DNA of 64,000 nucleotides from Klebsormidium nitens. Taxonomy: Eukaryota > Plantae > Klebsormidiophyceae. The first letter of the stretch is position 1, and each line of letters begins with the position of its first letter. Positions 1 to 11,960 of this stretch are shown piece after piece. The position numbers and the translations under genes were made by a program. The stretch spans positions 62,001 to 126,000 of the forward strand of contig DF237049.1 of the NCBI GenBank assembly GCA_000708835.1, in the 5' to 3' direction. The notes below the pieces were generated by a model. The model searched no databases and was not told the origin of the DNA. It saw only the letters and a list, made by a program, of their open reading frames with translations.

Positions 1-541
1 TCACATGAACCGGCTGGAACCGGCGTCGAGTTAGTGCATCGCGCCTGCGCGAGTGACCTAGGCTTATGACGGTGCAGACCGCGCATTTAATTTGGGCGGC
101 GGCGCTTTCACATCGAGACGGTTCGCAACACGGACCATGCCCCGTCATGTGCACTCTGCGCCTGCTGATGGCTCAGAGCCGCATATCGTCATCACCATGC
201 TGCAGGCGGCCATGTCCTGCATGCTTTCCGCTCAGTCTTCGCCGAATCAAGCCCCTTGCCTGCACACAAACGCTAGCAGCAAACGCCTAGAAAACTGAGG
301 CGTCGAACCCGGTGACTTATGCTGACATCTCAAACTGAAGCACACATGAGAATTTATAAACGAGAGATTGCACGCCGGGTCAGCTTCACACAAACGCATG
401 CATGAAAGTACCCAGCGTCACACTTATAAAGCCTGGCCGCGACAAGCAGTCGAACACAGAACCGTTTTGGGACAAGCAAAGGTCATAGCTCACAACAGAA
501 GCATTCCATGTCACAAGACGCGAATCAGGACTTCCATCCTG

Positions 542-3500
542 CTAGCTGTCACCCACTGCTTCTGCTTTCGCTTCTAACTTCGGGCGCTTGGCAGCTGGAG
601 GCTCTTCGTCCCCTCCGTCGATCTCTGCGATACCCGTGCTCTCCGCTACTACACTACCAACAATCGGTGCCGGGATGCTGTTCGACGAAGATGGGCCGCC
701 ATTAACGGCGGCCTCCCCCATGAGCGACGCGTGCTGGGGCCCAATTTTGCGGCCCGCCTTGGGCTTGGGTCCCCAGTGCTGCTCCGGATTCGGCAGGAAG
801 CGAGGAACCCGCGTTGCCTGGGCTTTGCTCTGTGCCGCATTGCTGCGCGCAAAGTTCGCCTGCAAGGAAGCGCCGAGCTTGACCCGTCAATGAAACAGCT
901 TGGCTGATGACGTTTCGCGCCAAACGAAGTATACACAAGTTCCGCATTCGACGAGTTGAGATGCTATGACCCGACGAATTTCAATTGCTATCTGAACCAT
1001 GATCACACAATCTGGCAAACCGTTCGCTTCAGCTCTACAGTCCCGACATTGCCGCAAAAGATCGACAAACACTTGAGGCCTGGCCCGTTGTGCACTGACC
1101 TGTATCTGGGGCTGCTGCGCCAGGATCTTTTGTCCCGGCGTCTCGTCCTTCTGCGGCTTCACCGGGTGGTCTTTCACCCAGCACCGCATGATGTCCCACA
1201 GCACTTCCATCGGCGCATCCGTTTTGATCCCGAGCGGATTGGCGTGCGACGTCGACACGCGGTACCCTGCGTTGGCCACCGCCGAGCGGAACAGGATCGC
1301 GGAAGGGGGAGTGCACTTGAGCGTTGCGCTCAGGGCGTGGAGGCTGACGTAGAGGGGGCAGTCGGGGAGTTCCTGCAATGGGGAAAGGGATCGGATGTTA
1401 GCGACGATCTGCAACGGCTTGACGTGCTTGCAGGTGTAAGAGCCACTACTTTCTGGAGGCTCGTGACTGAAGGTACCAAGCAAGGGCTATCTGACGCTTA
1501 GGGAACCGTCGCGGATCCACGTTGAGGCAGATTGCTGATCTTTTGGCAGTAGATGACAAGCTCGAAGGAGTTCCAAGCAACAAGACGCACCCCCGAGTTG
1601 TGTGAGTGCATCAATGCAGACAAGATTGACATCTTGGAGGTTTTCTGTCAGAAACTTCGTGCAGCGGCACGCGAGGCCATCTTTTTCACGCGTCGATCAA
1701 ACGGTCTAGACGCACAAGCGGACACCCAATCCACCCAGACCCTCGCACGCTGCTGCGGTGCCTCACCTCAGAGACTGCAGTGAGGATGCTGTGCACTTTG
1801 TCGTACGCCGGGTAGCGGTGCTTCATACTGCGCACGCGGCTCAGCGTGGCGGCCACCCAGGCGGGGTCGTGGATGGGCTCCGACCAAATGGGGCCGCCCA
1901 TCAAAAAGTGCTTCCCGCAGTTCTCGCACGCCTGCCCGACTGCGGGGCCGACGCCGGGAGTGTACCGCGACTGGTTGTTCTGCAGAGACGGACTGCTGAG
2001 TGTGACGAAGTGTGTGGACGAACTCCGCTAGGCGGAGGCCAGACCTCAAAGGTGTGCGCTTGGAGGAGGAAAGAGAGAGAACAATGAGGGTTTTGGAAAC
2101 CGGACGCAAGCTTGAGCTAATGGAGATGCTACCTGGCTTGTTATCACAAAAGATTGCTGGCCGCAAGACGCGACAGGAATTTGTCCATCGCTTGTCATTA
2201 AAAACAAATGTGCACGAATTGGGCCGACTCAGTCCAGTGAGCCCTTGGAACAGCTAGTACCTTCTGCACCAAATAGAAACTGAAGCCACGAAACGAGCGA
2301 CAAACAGCCAACAGCTTTTCTCCTACACCAGCCGAGGCCAGCTGTGGCTTCTCACCTTCTGCGTGACCCTCCCCAACGGCTGCAAGTAAAACGAGTCGCA
2401 CCCAACGCACTGGTACACATACGAGAGCTTGCTGGGGCTGGCTTTGACTATGTTTGGGGACCTGGAAATAGAGATAACATAAGCATTTGGATCTAGTTTC
2501 TGCTTGCATCCGACTCCTCACTCGATTGAAGCCTTGCAAACTGTACGCTTTTGTTCCTTACTCAAGTCGAACTTGAGATTCAGCAAAGCCAGTATCCAGA
2601 TAGAACATCTGCGCGTTTGTTATTGTGGAACTTTATCGAGAAGCAAGCAGACCTTCAGACTTGATGACAGCGAAGCAAGGCGCTGCACTGTTAAGATGGC
2701 TCGATTTCGACAGCACACCAAATCGTATGCTTCTTTTGTCTCGTCAAGGTGCGGCAAACTGGTTTAGCAAGAAAACTCACGTGTGGATGCGAACGAAGAC
2801 CCGGATGTAGAAATCGACGGACAACGAAAGGACAGGGACGATGTAGCGCTTATACCGGTTGGCATGGCTCTGCAAAACGGATCAGAAGGTGAGATCACGA
2901 GTGTCGCAAGTTTCCTCCACACAAAAACTGCTCAGTCACGAAAGAGTAACCAGAACTTTAACCCTGAGAGCAGGTCATTGAAGTGCCTTTTCTAAGAGCG
3001 CCCGTGATGAAGCGCAGAGGAGTTTGTCATATTGAGGACATAGCAGCATCTCCCTATGAGACGACACCACTTCAGAACTATAATGATGGCCCGATGCGCA
3101 CCTCGATGCATTGGAGGAGGATCCGGAGAGCCATCTCGTGGCAGTACTTGGCGCGCAGCGGGTATGCCCCGTACTTGGAGTAGCACACCTCGCCGTTGTT
3201 GCCGCACAGGACGGCCATGTCGGTGGCCGTGCACAGAAAAAGCCCCCCGTCCGCCACGCTCTGAACGGCCGAGTCGAGGAAGATGGACGGGGAGCCGTAC
3301 GGATCCAAGTCGACCTGGGAGTAAAACCGAGGACGGAAGTTACTAGGACGACCAATATATGTCCACGATATGCACTCCGCAACGCTGTGCAGGGGTGGAC
3401 TTCGTAGCTGGCGGCCTTCGCGAAACATTCCAAAGAACGTTTTACGCCTCCTTTGAGAAGCCATACTAACCCAGTAATCCTCTTTAGCTGACTAGCCGAA

Positions 3501-5271
3501 ATGAACTCTGCACCCATGCACGGCTCATGCGTGAATTTTGTTGAGAAGAATTGACTGCCCAGGTCGAGCCAGATCCTGGTGTGCTCGAAAATTCGTGGAC
3601 CATGTGGCATCACCCACAGAAGTTTTAGTAAAGAGAACAGAAGAGCTGATACTCACGATGTCGAATGCCTTCTCGTGCTGCAGGCACAGCAGTCGCGCAT
3701 CCTGTTCCCGCACTTGGACCAACGCCGCGCGCCCCCCGTTCCATTCGATATTTCGTCGGCACGCTTCAACGGCGACTGCATGCAGAAGATGCGCACGAGC
3801 TGTGTGTTGGAGCAGCCAAAATGCATACCATCAAGTGGCAGTGATGTCTGGTTGAAGACCGAACAATCTGCTTCAACTTACATCAGGAGTGTTGCTGAAA
3901 TGACTTCGAGGAGGCTTTCCCTGATGGAACTTTAATGCTGTCTCTTCTCTGATGCAGGTTAGGTGGACCTCTACTACAGGAATGCACCCTAATCTCAACA
4001 GCTACTCGGAGGTGATGTTTGACCACCACGACTTAAGATCTATCTATTCACACTAGAGACAAGAGGTACTTTGTGAGGGTTCGCTTTTGGTGCAGGACGC
4101 CCCCAATAAGAACCAACAATATGATGTATCAAACGTTTTTGATAGAAGCCAAAGCAGTCACGTTCATACTCACCTTTGTCAATATCGCTGGCAAGGACGG
4201 CCCCGAGCCCGTCCACTTCAATTGCATAACGGAGGGACCGTAGACCGGATGCCGCGAGTGGCTGCATACAGAGATGCTAAATTGACCAAACAGCTAGTGA
4301 CAAATTTTTCAAGACATTACAGTAATTGTTCCCGACCTTGCAAATGCAGCCGCACCTGCTCCAGCAACTCCGACCTTCTAGCACTGCATTATGGTGCGCG
4401 CAACTGCTTAGAAAGGGCCACTCTCGATTGTCCATCAACGCTGGGCACCTGTGCGCTGCCATAACACAGAAGGGCATTTATCTCTTCGCAGAAAGAGACT
4501 ACTCCGATGCATACCTCAAGAACTTTCAGCGGGGCCAAACCCTTCCCCCTCCCATGCGCCGCACCCGAAGACGAGGCTCCGCCATCCCCGTTGGCCGTTT
4601 CCGTGCTTCCACTGGCCCCTTGCACTGCTCCCTTCTCATTGTGAGAAGGCCCCGAACCGGCTGCATCGTCCGAGGGACCTGGCTCCGGCCCACTCTCTCC
4701 CCTCCTTTCCTCAACCTTCCCTGCGTGACCACTTTCCCCAGCACCCGGTGCACCGCTGGCACTGGCGACCGGACCATTACCAACTCCGCCTGGCCCATCA
4801 CTAACACTGCCACCGATTGCTCCTGGCGCAGCGCTTGACCCCGCCCCGCTTGCGTGCTGACCAGCTTGCTTGTTCTTCCCCTTTCCTCCACCACCCTGCC
4901 CTTCTCCGCCTCTCTTCTTCTTGTTGGCTTTTGCCGCGGCATCCTCCTCTCGGCGCTTCTCAACAAAAGTACGCAGGATGGCGATCGAAAGGTCGCGGTT
5001 CACAATCTGCGGAGAAAGCAGGCAACAGGATGAGAGTGCTCTTCCCTTCCAAGTCCTAGAATGAACAAGTTTGAATTCTTCTGGAATCTACATGATCAAG
5101 ACTGGTCAGATATCGACAGATGGAGATGCTGAGTGGCAGACGAAGGCCCACCTGAGTCTTGTTGTAGAAGACATCATTACCATGCTGTAAGATCTCAACA
5201 TCGCCCTCCTTCAAAACCTTGAAACCCTCTGGAACTTGCTTCTTCCTCTGCCCATTGGGGGCCGACATCAT
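542..5271 (-). CDS. TRM1: tRNA (guanine-N2)-dimethyltransferase Trm1, multi-exon
   Basis: Exons splice in frame at GT-AG sites: MMSAPNG...[20 protein letters not shown] | [14 protein letters not shown]...LKVLE | [16 protein letters not shown]...SDIDK | [10 protein letters not shown]...AFDI | [38 protein letters not shown]...HEMALRILL | [15 protein letters not shown]...FYIRVFVRI | YQCVGCDSF | CENCG...[11 protein letters not shown] | ELPDCPLY...GIKTDAP | ANFAR...[14 protein letters not shown]. These are canonical Trm1 motifs. Confidence 0.95.
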
Positions 5272-5577
5272 CGCAGAGTACTTCAAACCACTCGGCACGA
5301 TTATCTGTTCCGATCCTGAGAAAGAGTCCAGAGTACCCCAGAATGCGGCCTTGGTTCTACAAGTTGAACTAGCAAACAAGCTGTGCTTTGTTTGAAGAAG
5401 ATCTGCCACCTGCCAAGCCTTCCTCAGGCGCCTCAATCGTGTCCTTGGTCGCGAGAGGGCGAAGACGACGTTCATGCGCCTCCACAGCTCGCGTTGTCCG
5501 CTCTCCCTGATGTCACTGCCGAAGTCCTTGAGTTCCTAGTTCAAGGGTTTGGGCAGCTCTAGCTCAGATCTTGGGTA

Positions 5578-6413
5578 CCGTAGAGCGCCCAATCTGGATC
5601 ACCTTATTTTTCGTACCGCTTATTTGCAACAATATTTAACGATTTTACGATTTTAAAGTGCGGTTTTCTCCACATATCCAGGTTTTCCAAGGGCTATCTG
5701 CCGATGCACTTGGATCCAGATTTGACCAACTCTAGGTCATGCTCTCGAGTCAAAAACCTCGGTTTTCCGCACAAAAGAGCTGATCCAGTTTTGGCACAGT
5801 TGGAAATACGAGACTGGATCAAAATAGGTCCAGTTTAGGGCGGAGGTGATCCAGTAAGGGAAGCGTCATTTTGAAGCTGTACCCCCCGTAGTAACTGTTG
5901 AGCCCTTTTGAGTTGAGGACCCTTGTCCCCCCCCTTTCCCAACTTGCCCCACTGGCTCAAGTCCCAAGTCCCCCCCCCATGCCTTTCGAGCCTTGGAAGG
6001 TTTCAAGTCCCCCTCCCATATACAGGCTTGAAAAAGGCGAATTTCCGCTATGTTTTGAGTATATTTGCCAGACTTTGATGGCACCGATCCTTACAGAGAG
6101 CTGCTTGCAAGGTCTTTTTGACCATTTGGTGGAGAATTCGCCCAAAATAACGCGAAAATCACACCAAAACCTACAAGAACGGATCAAAACTCCTAAATCT
6201 GCCCCTATGACCTTTCCATCTCAAGGCCTGCAAAGGCTCCCCCCCCATGTAGCTACGAGATTCTTCACAGGCTGCCGAGTCCCTCCCCCTTCATTACCCT
6301 GGGATTCAATCTTGGTCCAAGGTACCCCCCCCTTAACAGTTACTCCGGGGGGTACCGCTATACAAAATGACCCTTCCCTAATGGTACGTGATCCGGTTTT
6401 GGGCGCTCTACGG
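5578..6413. mobile_element. Non-autonomous Tc1/mariner-type MITE (836 bp)
   Basis: Perfect 15-bp terminal inverted repeat CCGTAGAGCGCCCAA (5578-5592) / TTGGGCGCTCTACGG (6399-6413), extending imperfectly through GGATCAC. TA on both flanks (5576-5577, 6414-6415). No recognisable transposase. Confidence 0.85.
5882..6352. mobile_element. Putative nested MITE inside the 5578-6413 element
   Basis: 18-bp inverted repeat CCCCCCGTAGTAACTGTT / AACAGTTACTCCGGGGGG with one mismatch. TA immediately outside both ends (5880-5881, 6353-6354). Confidence 0.55.
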
Positions 6414-6795
6414 TACACTTGTTTTAGGGTTTTCCTTGGGCTCACAAAGTTTCTACATTGCCCAGCTTAGAAATTGCAGTCCTGGAACCGGTGAAAGCGC
6501 AGCTCCTGTACGTATTATGGTGGTGACACACGGCTTCAAGACGCCTCCAGCGATACAGTCTGGGTAGCAAGGTGGTGCAGCCATTGTAGGTTGTAACAGA
6601 CAAGAAAGGCGTCAAAGTTACATTGGAGAACGATGACCGAGCAGCATTGAGAACAGTCCATAGAAATCTCTGCACGCGATAGCGAGGAAGTCTGGCGCGG
6701 GACCTTCGCGGATGCTAGAGAAGCGTACAACTCATCCAGAAGGTGGAAGGGGTTGAATAGCAGGTTGAACGCGGTTCCCACCGTTAAGCTGCGAG

Positions 6796-7478
6796 ATGCA
6801 GGAAGGACTTGGCACAGGCATCAAGAAGGTTTCCAGCTCAATGTGTGCGGACTTTTCGGCAGCATCTCTGAAATGTGAGCCCATTCTGTTGATCCTTCTT
6901 CAAGCCCTGGGTCAGGTGGTGATTGGAGGCTGTCTGCATGAGGGGATTGTATGAGTTGCCACTTTCTCAATCCTGTGGGTCTTGAAAAAGCGCTACCTTC
7001 CATTGAACCTCCAATCGTGCCCTTTTGCAGGTATAATAGATGCTAACTATGACAAGAGCAAGTGTCAAAAGGAGTTTCTAGAGTACAAGGAGTGCCGAAA
7101 AAAAGAGGTGATTATCCTTCCATTCAATCTTACCAACGTGTATACAGTATATGGTGGAAAGAAACAAGATGAGCAGTCATCAATACTGCTCCGTAGTTCT
7201 CGAAGTTATGTTAGAAGTATTTACGCACTGCCACTCGGGCTACACTGGCGCCAGTGCGTAAATACTTCTAGTTAAATGTAAGTTAAGTTGTTTCTCACTT
7301 CTATAATCATGCATTCAGTCTTCAAAGCCTATATCTCCATGTTTTGCGCTCAAGGACAGGAGGTTTGAGGTTGATATCTGGGCATACCACCAGCATGCCC
7401 ATCTCACTTCTCCTCATGTCATCCTTCTTGCAGCGAGCAGCCATGTTAGCCACGAGGCAGCAAGGAAAAGCCTGGTGA
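6796..7478 (+). CDS. COX23: Mitochondrial twin CX9C protein, COX23-like (66 aa)
   Basis: Exons 6796-6874, 7031-7107 and 7434-7478 give MQEGLGTGIKKVSSSMCADFSAASLKCIIDANYDKSKCQKEFLEYKECRKKERAAMLATRQQGKAW*. It has a CX9C-X10-CX9C pattern and the SLKC...DKSKCQ...YKECxKKE signature of plant COX23. Confidence 0.85.
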
Positions 7479-9062
7479 CTCGCCCTGGATTGTCAAGTGA
7501 CTCCAACCCCCATGAGAGCATGGTGCAAAGACAGAGGTGAATTTCCCAGAATCTCAACTATTGCTTCTGGTGAACATCTAACTCCCATTGCTTCCAGAAA
7601 CCTTGATTGGGAGCATACTTTCTCTTTTTGGTTCGTGGCCAAAAGCTGTTTGTAACTTTGGTGATGTAGCCCCTTTTAGCAGGTTGCAAATTGCAGATGC
7701 GCTGCAGAGTGTGCAAGTTTTTCGATCTGATAGTTCAAAACGTTTTTTTGCAGAAGTCATGATTAACGGCCTGGGGGTGCAGAGACTTGACCTTTTTCAT
7801 TTGTCCTCTGAACATCTCAATGGGGTGTCGACTTTTTCCAAGAGCTTTCCAAACCAATAATTGAATCTTCGAAAGGCTGATTGTGGGCCAGCTTTTGCAA
7901 ATATGCATCCATGTTCCGGTGGCAGCCTGTGTTCTCGTTGCATGGCAATTCAGATTCTCACAGACTGGAGACTACCGAGTATCCACATGGCCGAAGGACT
8001 CAATGACGGGCCAACGTATATAGCCACCCGGCGCGATCGATTGCCAAGTTGAGCGCCGTAACGGAGCTGTCGAACCTTTAAAAGGCAAAAACTTTTAGAT
8101 GTTGCACTCACAAGGTCCCAACCCCAACCAGTGACATGTATTCATTAGCATACAGTGGTTGTTTGTGACCTCATAACCCGATTTCTGCGGTCATGCATAA
8201 TTCAATCTGGATAGTGTTGAGTAAGACTCAAAATACGTGCGCGGCTCTGCGCATATGGGCTATACTTGGATCTTATTTCTCGGCGTCATTCGAAACTACT
8301 TTTCGTCTGGTCAATAAGTTCGAGCATGCAGTGGCCCGTGGTCATTCATGTGAGCTCTCGATTCTCGAACGACCTTTTAAGAATTCCATGCCAAGGTTCA
8401 CTAACGTCGCGACGAGCCTAACAGGCAATACAAAAAGTGTATAAACGGACAGTTACACTGCAATATGATCTTAATCTCGAGCCTGGCTTATGTTTTTTCA
8501 ATAAGCTCACACTCTTGTGGATTTTCACATGGAGTGTACCTAGTAGCTAGCGTGATAACATGCAACGATATCACAAACCATGCTATATGGTCGATTATAA
8601 TCCTACACAGTGATCGAGGAACCCAGATCAGCTAGCGGGCCTGTGCTTGACGTATGCCAAATGGTCTCTAGTTTCAAATATGATCAATGTACCCCATGGT
8701 TGTATGTGATCTACAGTCGATCACCTGGCAGATGTTTTTTGGGCAAGCGCAAGCGCGCTGCCACATCATAATATATTCCCGCATATGTGCAGTGCGTGCC
8801 ACACACACATGCGGAGGTCAAGCTCCGTGACAAATCGCGCAAAGAGCATGATACACATATGGGGCTGCCATGCTTAAAGTGAGCTATATAAGATTACAAA
8901 TCTGAGACTTACCGTCAATACTTGGAGCTGGTAACGCCGACGGCGATATTGACAGCTACATATTTGCCAGCGCCGGATCTTACACAAGTTTACTTGATCT
9001 AGCTCGAACGTTCTACACGACACCCTCCGCATTTTGCAATTCTGGCGTTCACGACCGTGACT

Positions 9063-11640
9063 CTACAGCGCTTGATGAGTCGGCCCCACCGCATCGTTCA
9101 AATCCTTGCCCCCATCAGCCTTCCGTTCTTCCGCCTGACCCGTGCTCTTGCTGCCCGCAAGGTCCTCATCTGGAACCAGCGAAACGTTGCCCTCGCTCGT
9201 TTTCTCTGCTTCCGAAGTCTCCGCTGCAGATCCCGCGGTGTCCATCCCCGAACCAGGTGCCTTGTCGACCTGATCGGACAGGGCCTCGGGGTGACGCGTC
9301 GCTTGCGCTTCGAAGTTTTCTGCCATCGCCTCGTGCTTGGATCTACAGTCGCGAAGTCAGGAGTAACATAAGGTCGAAGACTGTCCAAAAAGTAGTTGGA
9401 AGCATTGTGAGATTCAGCGCATCGCATCGTGCACGTTCGCTACGGTCAACCTTGCCAACACAAGCACAGAAGGAACGAAGAAGCAATTGATTGGAGGTCA
9501 ACAAGAGCTCCACAGCAAGAAGCCTGATACGAAGTGGGCGGATGTCGCGAACTTGAAGTTGCGACAGAGAACCCCTCAGTCACTCCAAGTAGCACAGAAT
9601 CAGAGCGGCCTTCAAAGTCTTACCCATTCTCTTGGCCTGAGAAGCCCTGCGCAGCAGGTGCGGTGTCAGTCTCTTGCAGCGGGGACTCTCGACCTCGCGG
9701 AGCAGCTGAGGCCGCTGCGGAAGGAGGTCGGGCACCTGGCTGGACGGTGGCTTTCGAGTAGTCGATCTCGCCGGCGCTGTTCACACCAGGGTTCAATGCT
9801 GAGGCCCCTGGGCCATAGTCACCTGGAAACAACATTCGTTTTCGATCGAAATAAAGGTCTTGTACTCAGTCTCCCCTTTGGTCTTGCCTGGGCATCTGGT
9901 GCGACGAGCGGAGCAGTCTGGTTTGGGACTAGCATCCAAGGTTGTTGCGAAATCTTTCTTGTGCTGCCACAAGAACAACTTTCGCTCTGCATCGATGCGA
10001 TATCTGAACGCATTTTCCAAATAATTTCAATCTGGCGCTTTGACTAAATCAGGTCCATGTTAGCACGGGCTTTCTGCCACCACACTCACTTGCAATAGCA
10101 GTCTTTGCTGGCGACCCAATCTCTTCTGCTGTTTCATCCGCTGCTTCCAGTTCTTCTGCAGAGCCAACAGTCCCAGCTACTCCAGCCGCAGAATCTCCAA
10201 TGGGCCCAGCCTCCCGCATGTGGCGCAGATCAGCAGACATTCCGTCTTCGCCTGTGGAAAGGTCCCTGCTTAATCAACAGTGAAGTACGCTCATCCAAGA
10301 AGATGTTGAACTTCTAATTCATGCTGAAAACCCTTATCACAAAGATCAAGGGATCATACTCAACTGGGCAAGAGCTTGCCATTTTAAAGAACAGATCTTC
10401 AACAGTCTCATGAAATGGAACGACGAGGAAAGAGCAGCTATTGCAAATCCTCACTCTTCATTTTTGGTCACTTACCTGCGCCTACAACAAGAAGGTGGAG
10501 GCTTCTTCACTCCATGCCTAACGCAAAATCATCATCATACAGGGATCATGAAATGCTAATGAACTGCCCATTCGATTGCCCTAGGTAAAGCTGGCTCAAC
10601 CTTGCCTTCCCTAGGTTTTATCAGCTGCTCTCTGGGTTTGTTCAGTAAGATCAGCTGTTCGGAAGATTACGCGCATTATGAAGGGTTCTGGAAAGAACCA
10701 TTGTAAGAAAAAAAAAACTAAAACAAAAGCTCCGCAGATAAAAGGTCTGAAGCTGGGCGTATGTACAGAAATGCCTACATTCCACGTTTTCTGGCTGCCT
10801 GAAGAGCGCTAGCGGATGCAATCATGGCCAGAAGTATTGCAAGCATGGCAGTCATGACCGTGACACAGCAATGATGAGCAAAACCAAGTAGCATGGCTGG
10901 TGGGATCTAAGACGCTCCTCAGGTAGCCTTGTTGCTGTAACCGGGCAAAAGCAACGACCAAGTATCCGGTATACAGCTGAAACCTTGAATCAACAAAAAT
11001 CTGTGTCTGCTTTTTAAGAGTACCTCAGAAACTCGAGGATTGAATAAACAGCCTTCAAAGGACTTGAGACTAGGTGGCACATTGATGCCCTAACCTGCAG
11101 AGCCTCCTGGAGAGGGCTGCACCTTTTCTCTCGCAGGTGCTGACTGAGCTCCATCTGCTGCACAGGCCAAGTGGATGCTTTTCCTTGTATGGATTTTCGT
11201 TTGCGGCAGGGTCTTAGGACTCTTGATCAGCTCCCTTGCGTGAAATTGAAGCGCGGACTGAGTGCTATGGCGAGGGGCGCAAGTAGCTGTTACTTTGTGC
11301 TGAGAATTTGTGGGTCTTTCATTGGCAGGGATGAAGAACGTTCTGGCACCCCAGCATTTTATGGCGGAAGTAGCACTCATGTTTGCTGCATGCAGCCTCC
11401 CAGGATGCAGCTACCGGATCTAGGCTACTGAACTTTCAAGTGCGCGCTGACTGATCCAGTGGAATCACTGCAAGAGGCAGCTCTCCTGTGAATCCTGAAG
11501 CTAGCAAGAAAGGCGCTCTCTCTTGGTTGCCTTGGTATGACCTCACGTTTGAAAGCAACATGCCACTGATAGAGTTTCAGGGGGGCCGGAGTTTCAGTCT
11601 GAATGGAGCCACTGTAGCCCGCACTGCTGCCGCATCCCAC
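9063..11640 (-). CDS. Hypothetical acidic low-complexity protein with N-terminal MGCGSS acylation motif
   Basis: Phase-compatible GT-AG exons at 11640-11547, ~11162-11097, a possible 10481-10476, ~10251-10092, ~9822-9624 and 9342-9063. The product is A/E/G/S/P-rich and has no recognisable domain. Confidence 0.6.
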
Positions 11641-11960
11641 ATTCTCTGCTCAGTGCGCCCAGATGATCATATTTCCTGGCCAGAGAAGCATCCGCAGCTT
11701 GACACTTGGGAGCGCCGGCCACCAGCTGGATGAAGGGCCGCCAGCTGTTGCCCTTGGTCGGAGGGATCCCTCGAGAAATGATTACGCGCAGCTCAGCGCG
11801 CGCGCAGTCAAGGTGTCACGCGATCTCTGTGGGAACGGTTTTGCCACGGCACCACAGGCAGTGGTAATGGCTCTTTTCGAGTTGGCGTTCTTCTCGCACC
11901 AGCCTGGTGCGGCCACATTGCATCAAAATTGGCGATTGGCAGCCACACCCTTTGGTTGGC

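Noticed and set aside
5898-6470. 190-aa ORF as a transposase of the MITE
   Set aside because: No DDE/DDD or HTH motifs. It is Pro-rich because of poly-C tracts and runs past the element end.
8400-9000. CATG/TA-rich intergenic blocks (also ~16.7-17.2, 26.6-27.1 and 33.5-33.9 kb) as RIP- or methylation-decayed elements
   Set aside because: CpG is not clearly depleted in the block I counted, and I found no shared sequence between blocks; they look like ordinary intergenic DNA.
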